Part shown: piece by piece, positions 26,238 through 34,185 of the stretch | How positions within the stretch are numbered: position 1 is the stretch's first letter | Layout of the letters: every line of letters starts with the position of its first letter | The notes under the pieces: model-generated | The model's input: the letters and a program-made list of their open reading frames with translations, nothing else | What the model was told of the DNA's origin: nothing | Databases searched by the model: none | Translations under genes and position numbers: made by a program | Assembly (NCBI GenBank): GCA_030916545.1 | Contig: JAUPWI010000003.1 | Coordinates: 1-34,185 of the forward strand | From: Patescibacteria group bacterium | GTDB taxonomy: Bacteria > Patescibacteriota > Minisyncoccia > Moranbacterales > UBA1568 | Reading direction: 5' to 3' | Length of the DNA stretch: 34,185 nt

Positions 26238-27580
26238 GCTTTTTTTCACGCATCAGGAAGGGAAAGGAAGGAGGTGCCCCCGAAAAGACGGTCCCACTCG
26301 GAGGGTCGAGGGTTTCTTTTTCTCCCGACATCCATTTTTCCCACATGCTGCTTTCGTCCGTCCTTTTCATCGGGTGGCGCAACATGTTCGCGAATCGGAT
26401 GCGGTCTGTGTTGACCGTCGGTGGAGTGGCGATCGGTATCGGAATTATCACATTGCTCATCGCACTCGGTTTCGGGGTACAGGGTATGGTCATCCGCGAG
26501 GTGACGAAGAACAATCCGAGTGACATCATCGATATCAGCAATAAGAGCCTGGATAATTTCGCTTTGTTAGACAAGGCGACTATCGGCAAGATGCAGAATA
26601 TAGACGGTATCAAGGAAGTCGAGGTTCGGGCGAGCATCGGAGGAAAGTTCGTGAGTGGTGAATCCCAGACTGACGTGACGCTCAACGCTATCAGCCGGCA
26701 TTTTCTCGATCTGGCGAGGACCGACATCCGTGAGGAGACGAGGGAAGCACTATTCGCTACTCCTCGCGCTATTCTCGTGACACCAAAACTGGCCTCTTTG
26801 CTCGGATATGAGAATCCGGAGGATATCATAGGGAGAGAGATTGAATACAGCGCGATTGTGACAAGTGACATGATTGCATCCGATCTCAAGGAGGGCGAGG
26901 AGGCGATTCCGTTGGATGAGAGCCAAAACAAGCTCAATATCGTGGGAGTCGTCAAGGATCCAACGAGAGACGATTCGGTATACGCCTATGTCCCGCTCGA
27001 GGTCATACGAGCCCGGTATGGAAATATCGCCGGACAATTCGCCAAAGCGAGAGTGGAGGACGAGTCCTCCATCGAGTCGGTCAGGTTGCAGATCGAACAG
27101 ACCGCCTTCGTGACCGAGAGTATCGTCGATACGATCGCGGATATCAATTCCTTCTTCTCTATCGTCCGTGGCATTTTGATCGTCTTCGGCGTCATCATTA
27201 TGTCCATCTCGGCGATGGGCATGCTCAATACGCTCAGCGTCTCTCTTCTCCAGCGTACGAAGGAAGTCGGTATCTTGAAAGCGCTCGGCGCGAAAAGATC
27301 TGATATTTTTAAGATGTTCATTTTCGAGGCTTTTCTGATCAGTTTTCTCGGAGGATCACTCGGCCTACTCTTTGGTTACGGCGGTGCGAAAGGGATTAAC
27401 ACCGGCGTGAATTTCTTGGCACAGAAGTATGATGTTGCCAGTATGAATTTTGTGCAGCTCCCCTCGGCATTCGTCATTTCCATCGTCGTCTTCATCTTCT
27501 TTCTGGGGCTTATTACTGGGATATTCCCCGCTCTTCGTGCTTCGAAGATCCATGCTCTCGAAGCGCTCCGATACGAATAG
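26234..27580 (+). CDS. ABC transporter permease, FtsX/MacB type
   Basis: Its start overlaps the ATPase stop in an ATGA junction. TM1, then a large extracytoplasmic domain, then a C-terminal FtsX 3-TM bundle (…VGILKALGAKRSDIFKMFIFEAFLIS…). Confidence 0.85.
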   Translation: MSFFSRIRKGKEGGAPEKTVPLGGSRVSFSPDIHFSHMLLSSVLFIGWRNMFANRMRSVLTVGGVAIGIGIITLLIALGFGVQGMVIREVTKNNPSDIIDISNKSLDNFALLDKATIGKMQNIDGIKEVEVRASIGGKFVSGESQTDVTLNAISRHFLDLARTDIREETREALFATPRAILVTPKLASLLGYENPEDIIGREIEYSAIVTSDMIASDLKEGEEAIPLDESQNKLNIVGVVKDPTRDDSVYAYVPLEVIRARYGNIAGQFAKARVEDESSIESVRLQIEQTAFVTESIVDTIADINSFFSIVRGILIVFGVIIMSISAMGMLNTLSVSLLQRTKEVGILKALGAKRSDIFKMFIFEAFLISFLGGSLGLLFGYGGAKGINTGVNFLAQKYDVASMNFVQLPSAFVISIVVFIFFLGLITGIFPALRASKIHALEALRYE

Positions 27581-27702
27581 GAGGTGCTTCTCCCGGAGTT
27601 GTGCCGACATATGTGGGGCTTCTTGATTTGGGCTGGGAATGGTCATTGAAAGAAGGGGAATTTTTGGTACCTCTTGCGGGATTTTTGGAAGAAAATGCTA
27701 TC

Positions 27703-27732
27703 TTGACATGCCCTGAATTAGCAATCTATAAT
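27703..27732 (+). promoter_or_regulatory. Sigma-70-type promoter of groEL
   Basis: TTGACA (27703-27708), 18 nt spacer, TATAAT (27727-27732). The -10 element lies inside the CIRCE spacer. Confidence 0.65.
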
Positions 27733-27744
27733 AGGGAGTGCTAA
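27718..27744 (+). promoter_or_regulatory. CIRCE operator (HrcA binding site)
   Basis: TTAGCAATC-N9-GAGTGCTAA compared with consensus TTAGCACTC-N9-GAGTGCTAA (one mismatch). Lies 97 nt upstream of groEL. Confidence 0.85.
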
Positions 27745-27825
27745 ATGGTAAACAGAATAAGAGACGAGATCATTCGCTTGCGTAGAGAACTCATTTTTTG
27801 AGAACGAACACAAGAGGATGGCTGA

Positions 27826-29490
<1,665 letters not shown>

Positions 29491-29513
29491 TTCACCCAGG
29501 AAAAAAGACGCGG

Positions 29514-29546
29514 AAAAGGCCCCTCCTGAAGAGAAGGGCCTTTTTT
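29514..29546 (+). terminator. groEL intrinsic terminator
   Basis: AAAA-GGCCCCTC-CTGAA-GAGAAGGGCC-TTTTTT. Confidence 0.75.
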
Positions 29547-29633
29547 CGTTGAAAGCGGGGGAAAATGAGAGTAAGATGAGAGAGTGGTTGATCCAGAATA
29601 CAATACGTCCGAGAGCGTGACCGTGAGATTTGA

Positions 29634-29939
29634 ATGAATAGTTTTCACGTGGATGAGATTCTTTTCGGGCTGGTTGGCTTTTTCTTTCTGATAAATGCAG
29701 GAGCTTTTTTGGGTATGGCTTTTGATAAGCATCGGAGTCGGACATCCGGAGCGGAACGGATTCCGGAAGGACTGCTGTTCTTTTGGGCGGCCGCGTTCGG
29801 AAGTATCGGGGTGTGGCTTGGTATGCTGGTTTTCCGGCACAAGACTCAGAAATGGTATTTCATCCTGGGTGTCCCGCTTCTGATTCTCGAGAATATCGTT
29901 TTTTTGGTGAGCGTTTCCGAATGGCTGGAGCGGATGTAG
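29634..29939 (+). CDS. DUF1294 family small membrane protein
   Basis: 101 aa with the pattern DKHRS…RIPE…GGxxG…FRHKTQK typical of DUF1294. About 3 TM segments. Confidence 0.7.
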   Translation: MNSFHVDEILFGLVGFFFLINAGAFLGMAFDKHRSRTSGAERIPEGLLFFWAAAFGSIGVWLGMLVFRHKTQKWYFILGVPLLILENIVFLVSVSEWLERM

Positions 29940-29974
29940 TTCCAGGTGAAGAAGGGGAGAGTGCCGGGTATCGG

Positions 29975-30010
29975 AAATAAAAAGGCCCCTGAATCGCGAG
30001 GCGACGGGGC
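29975..30010 (-). terminator. Intrinsic terminator (minus strand)
   Basis: The minus strand reads GCCCCGUCGC-CUC-GCGAU-UCA-GGGGC followed by CUUUUUAUUU. Confidence 0.6.
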
Positions 30011-30187
30011 AAGAGAGGAAAAAGGGAGAGAAACGTGTGTTGTGTTGTGGGAGACGAGTCGGGAAAGGGTTTTTAAAACCGCCTTCCCGACTCGGTCCTG
30101 GTGGGGATCGTCATCGATGTGAGATCCCTCTCGTCTCCGGTCGCCGATGTTTTGGCGCCCTTTTGCCGCTCTCCTTTGGATTTACTA
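29975..30187 (-). ncRNA. Candidate ~210-nt small RNA with a three-way-junction fold (unknown class)
   Basis: Bounded by a consensus promoter (30194-30221) and a terminator (29975-30010). Outer helix 30050-58/30130-38 (GGAGACGAG/CUCGUCUCC) encloses hairpins 30056-30093 and 30104-30128. A further long-range pairing is AAAGGAGAG/CUCUCCCUUU. A CA-rich unpaired tract is CCACAACACAACACAC. Confidence 0.45.
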
Positions 30188-30193
30188 TCTTGA

Positions 30194-30221
30194 ATTATAC
30201 TCTTTTCAGGTATTTTGTCAA
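30194..30221 (-). promoter_or_regulatory. Near-consensus sigma-70 promoter (minus strand)
   Basis: The minus strand reads TTGACA (30221-30216), 16 nt spacer, TATAAT (30199-30194). It lies about 100 nt downstream of the topA stop, so it is not a topA promoter. Confidence 0.55.
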
Positions 30222-30321
30222 GTTCAGTATTGATTGTGGCTTATTGAAAGGATTTATAAAAGAATTCGAACTATTGCCTGAGCTTTGGCCGTATCGAGGG
30301 TATCTGACGTTCAGCGGAGTC

Positions 30322-32481
30322 CTACTTCTTCAATTTGTCCGGACGATGGTTCGCGCAGGCTTTCTGGCTGCAGCGTTCGGGAATGGTTTTGGTGCCTTCC
30401 ATCATGAGCGCTCCGCAGAGCTTGCAGAGCGTGCCGGTCGGTTTGGCTTTGATCGCATTCTTGCAGTCCGGATAGTGGGAGCAGGAGTAGAAGAGGCCAA
30501 AGCGTCCTTTCCGTTCAATCATATCGCCTTTTGCGCAGACCGGACACCGGACGCCGCTTGAGACGATGGATTTCTCGTCGTTCTTGATGAATTTGCATTT
30601 TGGGAAATTGGAACACGCGATGAAGCCTCCATATTTCCCTTGGCGTTCGATGAGCTTCCCGTCTTTGCAGTCGGGGCAGGCCTCGCCGGTTTCCTTGGGT
30701 GGCTCGATGACTTTGCCTTCTTCGGTCAGGGAACCGTCGCAGTCAGGGAAGCGCGAACAGGAGAAGAACTTTCCGTTGCGCGCGAGCTTGATGACCATGT
30801 TCGATCCGCATTTCGGGCATACGGTGCCTTTCGGAGCATCTCCCATATTGGTGACTTTAGCGATCTTATCCTTGCTCTTGATTTCCTTGGTGAAGGGCGT
30901 ATAGAAATCCTTGAGGGTTTTCGCGTATTCGCGTTCGCCGTTCGCGATGTCATCGAGCTTGTTTTCCATGTCGGCGGTGAACTGTTCGGAGACGATCTCG
31001 CTGAAATGGGTGAAGAGGAAACCGTCGACGACGAGACCAGTGTCCGTCACCCGGAGCGCCTTGCCTTCCTTTTCGACATATCCGCGATCCTGGATGGTCT
31101 TGATGATGCTGGCGTAGGTGGACGGTCGGCCGATGCCTCTCTTCTCGAGCTCCTTGACCAGGCCGGCTTCGGTATAGCGCTTGGGTGGTTCCGTCGCCTT
31201 CTCTTCCGCATCGATACTCCTGAGAGTGAGCCGATCTCCGGTTTTGACTTGGGGTACTTCGACGTCGTCGCCGCGGGCCGTGGTGTCGAGAGCGAGCCAT
31301 CCATCGAAGAGCAGATGTGATCCATTGGCGGTGAAGTGAGGAAGGGATCGGTCGACGGTATTGGCGGTGATCTTGGTCCGGAGGATTTCGGCATCGGTCA
31401 TCTGCGAGGCGAGGGTCCGGATGCGAATCAGGGTGTAGAGGCGCTTCTCATCATCGGAAAAACCGGCGGTCTTTTTGCCCGGGTCGGTCGGCCGGATAGC
31501 CTCGTGGGCTTCCTGGGCATTTTTCGATTTGGTCTGGTAGCGGCGGGTGGCCAGGTACTTCTCGCCGAATTCCTTGTTGATGAGAGCGGCGATTTTGGGG
31601 ATGATTTCTTCGGAAATGGAAACGCTATCGGTACGCATATAGGTGATCGCGCCTTTCTCGTAGAGTTTCTGGGCAGCTCTCATCGTGCGGGAAGGAGAGA
31701 GGCCGAGGCGCGAGCTGGCTGCCTGTTGGAGGGTCGAGGTGGTGAACGGCGGATAGGGACGGCGTTTCGCGTTGGTGGCGACGACGTAGGCGATTTCCCA
31801 TGGGTTTTTCTCCGCGAGTCCGATGATACGATCGCATTCTTGCGTGGTCTTCGGTTGTTCGACACAGGTGAAAACGATCGATTCTTTCTTGGTCGTCTGG
31901 CAGTTGGCGGTGATGATGAAGTAGGCCTCGGGAACGAAAGCCTGGATGGCGTTTTCGCGTTCGGCGAGGATATGGAGCGCCGGCGACTGGACCCGGCCGG
32001 CGGAGAGACCATAGCGGACTTTTTTCCAGACGAGTCCTGAAAGATCGTAGCCGACGAGCCGGTCAAGCACCCGGCGGGCCTCCTGCGCTTTTCGGAGATT
32101 CTGGTCGAGGGGTCTCGGATGAGAGATCGCCTCATTGACCGATTTTTCAGTGATCTCATAGAAGAGGACGCGCCGCGGTTTCTTGATTCCGCAGGCGTCG
32201 GCGACGTGCCAGGCGATGGCTTCGCCTTCGCGGTCGGGGTCGGTCGCCAGGAGCACATCGCTGCTTTTTTTGACGAGCGATGTGATTTCGCGCACGATGC
32301 TTTCTTTTCCGGGACTCACGACATAGCGGGGGATGAATCCGGCTTCGATGTCGATCGCATCCTTATTCGATTTGGGCAGGTCACGCACGTGTCCGACCGA
32401 GGCTACGACCTTATACCCGCCTTTCAGGTACTTTTCGATGGTTTTGGCCTTCGAGGGGGATTCGACGATAAGGAGTTTCAT
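30322..32481 (-). CDS. topA: DNA topoisomerase I
   Basis: Starts at MKLLIVESPSKAKTIEKYL (TOPRIM domain). Active-site region ITYMRTDS. Four C-terminal C4 zinc ribbons (CPKCGS…CSRFPDC and similar). The ORF is open a further 30 codons upstream, but that stretch would overlap dprA. Confidence 0.95.
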   Translation of the reverse strand: MKLLIVESPSKAKTIEKYLKGGYKVVASVGHVRDLPKSNKDAIDIEAGFIPRYVVSPGKESIVREITSLVKKSSDVLLATDPDREGEAIAWHVADACGIKKPRRVLFYEITEKSVNEAISHPRPLDQNLRKAQEARRVLDRLVGYDLSGLVWKKVRYGLSAGRVQSPALHILAERENAIQAFVPEAYFIITANCQTTKKESIVFTCVEQPKTTQECDRIIGLAEKNPWEIAYVVATNAKRRPYPPFTTSTLQQAASSRLGLSPSRTMRAAQKLYEKGAITYMRTDSVSISEEIIPKIAALINKEFGEKYLATRRYQTKSKNAQEAHEAIRPTDPGKKTAGFSDDEKRLYTLIRIRTLASQMTDAEILRTKITANTVDRSLPHFTANGSHLLFDGWLALDTTARGDDVEVPQVKTGDRLTLRSIDAEEKATEPPKRYTEAGLVKELEKRGIGRPSTYASIIKTIQDRGYVEKEGKALRVTDTGLVVDGFLFTHFSEIVSEQFTADMENKLDDIANGEREYAKTLKDFYTPFTKEIKSKDKIAKVTNMGDAPKGTVCPKCGSNMVIKLARNGKFFSCSRFPDCDGSLTEEGKVIEPPKETGEACPDCKDGKLIERQGKYGGFIACSNFPKCKFIKNDEKSIVSSGVRCPVCAKGDMIERKGRFGLFYSCSHYPDCKNAIKAKPTGTLCKLCGALMMEGTKTIPERCSQKACANHRPDKLKK

Positions 32482-32527
32482 AAGATAAGACGATTCATCA
32501 GTGAACGTATCGACGCGCCGATCGGTA

Positions 32528-33691
32528 TCAGCGTATTCTCCTATAGTGCATGCCGCCGATATTCTTGGCAAGTCCTTTCATCTCGAGCAGAGTGAGAGCG
32601 GAGGTGATTTCGTTGGCGGAACGCTTTGCCTGTCGGATAATCTGATCGATATGAAGGGATTCATGGGTGAGAATCGACAGGAGAACAGTCTCGTTTTCCG
32701 AAAGCGGAGGGAGCGTTTTGTCGGTCAGTGGATCATCGACGGCGGCCACGGTCGTCGAAAGGGAAAACTCCTCGAGGATGTCCTCGAGGCAGGTGATAAG
32801 TTTTGCACCGTTCTGAATGAGTCGATGGCAGCCGACGGAACCCGGAGAGAAGAGGGACCCGGGGATAGCGAGGACGTCCCGATCGTATTCGAGAGCCAGA
32901 CGGGCGGTGATGAGCGTACCGCTTTGCTCTGTCGCCTCAATGACTAGGGTGGCAGGACTCATACCGGCCATGATGCGATTGCGGGAAGGGAATGTATGGA
33001 GTGCCGCTTGCGTCCCCGGGGCGAGTTCGGAGATGATCGATCCGCCTTGCCTGATGATCCGGTGGGCGAGCGGGAGATGGGACTGTGGTGAGATGGAAGT
33101 GTCATCGACGCCGCTTCCGATGACGGCGAGGGTCGGTCCGTCGCTGTCGAGCGCCGCCTGATGAGCGAGGCCATCGATACCGAAGGCGAGACCGGAAACC
33201 ACCACGAATCCGGCTTGCGAGAGGTGGCGCGAGAAGTCTTGGACGACCTGTCGCCCATATGTCGAGGGACGACGGGTGCCGACGATGGTGATCATCGGGC
33301 GATTCGCATGCCAATCGCCGGAGGTGCCGCGGACATAGAGCAGTATCGGTGCATCGGGTATTTCGCGCAGGAGTGTCGGGAAATCCGTATCGGTATACCC
33401 GATGATGCGGATATCTGGGAACGCAACGCGGAAATCATGCCAGAGAGATGCGGGATCGAGAATGGGGATATGGGTACGGAGGGCGGAGAGAGCGGCCGGG
33501 CGTACGCCGGGCAGCATTCCCTGCGTGTCGAGAACGGTTTGCCAGATAGCCTGTCCTGTTCCGAGGGATCGGAGCAGGGCGAGGAGTGTCTTGTTGCCGA
33601 TACCTGGGATGCGGGAGAGAGCGAGAAGCCAGGCAGCATCGGGAAGCGCCTTTTGATCGGGGACGGTATTCGTGTGTATTTCAGACGCCAT
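32528..33691 (-). CDS. dprA: DNA processing protein DprA (Smf)
   Basis: 387 aa. Contains IVGTRRPSTYG and VVSGLAFGIDGLAHQAAL Rossmann-like DprA motifs and a C-terminal winged-helix-like tail. Shows the conserved dprA-topA linkage. Confidence 0.9.
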   Translation of the reverse strand: MASEIHTNTVPDQKALPDAAWLLALSRIPGIGNKTLLALLRSLGTGQAIWQTVLDTQGMLPGVRPAALSALRTHIPILDPASLWHDFRVAFPDIRIIGYTDTDFPTLLREIPDAPILLYVRGTSGDWHANRPMITIVGTRRPSTYGRQVVQDFSRHLSQAGFVVVSGLAFGIDGLAHQAALDSDGPTLAVIGSGVDDTSISPQSHLPLAHRIIRQGGSIISELAPGTQAALHTFPSRNRIMAGMSPATLVIEATEQSGTLITARLALEYDRDVLAIPGSLFSPGSVGCHRLIQNGAKLITCLEDILEEFSLSTTVAAVDDPLTDKTLPPLSENETVLLSILTHESLHIDQIIRQAKRSANEITSALTLLEMKGLAKNIGGMHYRRIR

Positions 33692-33730
33692 ACGATACGT
33701 ACTTCATTGTAACACGCGAGGGCGTGCGTA

Positions 33731-33758
33731 TGGACAAACGTTCACATTCGGCTATACT
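33731..33758 (+). promoter_or_regulatory. Candidate promoter of the tRNA cluster
   Basis: TGGACA (33731-36), 16 nt spacer, TATACT (33753-58). Lies about 25 nt upstream of tRNA-Ala. Confidence 0.45.
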
Positions 33759-33782
33759 ATCGAGGTATTGAAGAAAAAAGAG

Positions 33783-33858
33783 GGGCCCATAGCTCATTTG
33801 GTAGAGCGCCTGCTTTGCACGCAGGAGGCGAGCGGTCCGAATCCGCTTGGGTCCACCA
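33783..33858 (+). tRNA. tRNA-Ala (anticodon UGC), CCA encoded
   Basis: Manual cloverleaf: acceptor GGGCCCA/TGGGTCC with G3:U70, anticodon loop TTTGCAC, and T-arm AGCGG-TCCGAAT-CCGCT. Confidence 0.9.
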
Positions 33859-33967
33859 CCCTTGATTTTTTCCGGTAGTTTGGGTATTATTGTCCTGTTG
33901 GCTCGGAGTCGGTTTTTTGTTTCTGGATGTCCGGTGGGATGTTTTTCGTTTCAAGAGGGAATCTTTT

Positions 33968-34041
33968 GGGCGATTAGCTCAGTTGGTTAGAGCGCGACAC
34001 TGATAATGTCGAGGTCCCAAGTTCGAATCTTGGATCGCCCA
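33968..34041 (+). tRNA. tRNA-Ile (anticodon GAU), CCA not encoded
   Basis: Acceptor GGGCGAT/ATCGCCC, anticodon loop CTGATAA, T-loop TTCGAAT. Confidence 0.9.
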
Positions 34042-34107
34042 CAGAACCGCTTCGGGTACCGGGAAGCAAGGGTTCCGGGTCAGGAAACAGGAAGAGAAGC
34101 TATGAAT

Positions 34108-34181
34108 AGCGGGGTAGAGCAGTCTGGCAGCTCGCTTGGCTCATAACCAAGAGGTCGGTGGTTCAAATCCACCCCCCGCAA
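34108..34181 (+). tRNA. tRNA-Met (anticodon CAU), initiator-like
   Basis: Very similar to bacterial tRNA-fMet (GCGGGG…GAGCAG…CTCATAA…GGTTCAAATCC…CCCCGCAA). Has a 1:72 A·A mismatch. Only 2 of the 3 hallmark G-C pairs are present in the anticodon stem. CCA is not encoded. Lies at the window edge. Confidence 0.8.
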
Positions 34182-34185
34182 CAAA

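Noticed and set aside
27745-27801. An 18-codon uORF (MVNRIRDEIIRLRRELIF) between CIRCE and groEL.
   Set aside because: There is no Shine-Dalgarno sequence, it is very short, and no conservation can be assessed. It is noted only as context.
30050-30138. A three-way junction of about 90 nt could be 5S rRNA or a purine/TPP-type riboswitch.
   Set aside because: It lacks the 5S loop motifs (CCGAAC…GAAGUGAAAC) and riboswitch core sequences. No gene lies downstream on either strand for a cis-regulator to control.
32482-32571. 30-codon N-terminal extension of topA.
   Set aside because: It would overlap the dprA 3' end. The canonical TopA N-terminus MKLLIVESPSKAKTI starts at 32481.

Overview
34.2 kb of bacterial chromosome, standard genetic code, about 50% GC. 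The housekeeping genes are compact. The gene content points to a small-genome uncultivated lineage (CPR/Patescibacteria-like): divergent RtcB, DUF559, a giant surface protein, and tRNA-Ala/Ile outside an rRNA operon. That lineage call is inference only. Left to right: miaA(-), dnaE(-), rnhB(+); then an envelope-glycan cluster with a GT39/ArnT-like transferase(+), Wzx-type flippase(-), DUF559(-), thymidylate-kinase-like protein(-), O-antigen-ligase-like protein(+), a small orphan(+), rtcB(-) and a GT1 transferase(-). Next come ychF(+) and a 2526-aa membrane-anchored Kelch/Fn3 giant protein(+), followed co-directionally by a MacB-type ABC ATPase and FtsX permease. Then a CIRCE-controlled groEL with no groES(+), DUF1294(+), topA(-), dprA(-), and tRNA-Ala(UGC), tRNA-Ile(GAU) and an initiator-like tRNA-Met(CAU). 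The most unusual signal is non-coding. A family of at least 10 long hairpin repeats has stems that are copy-specific but self-complementary, while the ~29-nt apical module is conserved, with a small helix maintained by fully compensatory substitutions. Copies fill the oversized spacers around miaA and dnaE, bracket dnaE with identical apices in inverted orientation, and one sits in frame inside the O-antigen-ligase gene. Two orphan non-coding transcription units are also proposed on the minus strand. One (~30187-29975) has a consensus TTGACA-N16-TATAAT promoter, a three-way-junction fold and an intrinsic terminator. The other (~6456-6149) has an extended -10 and a strong terminator. No CRISPR array, rRNA, transposase or integrase gene was seen.
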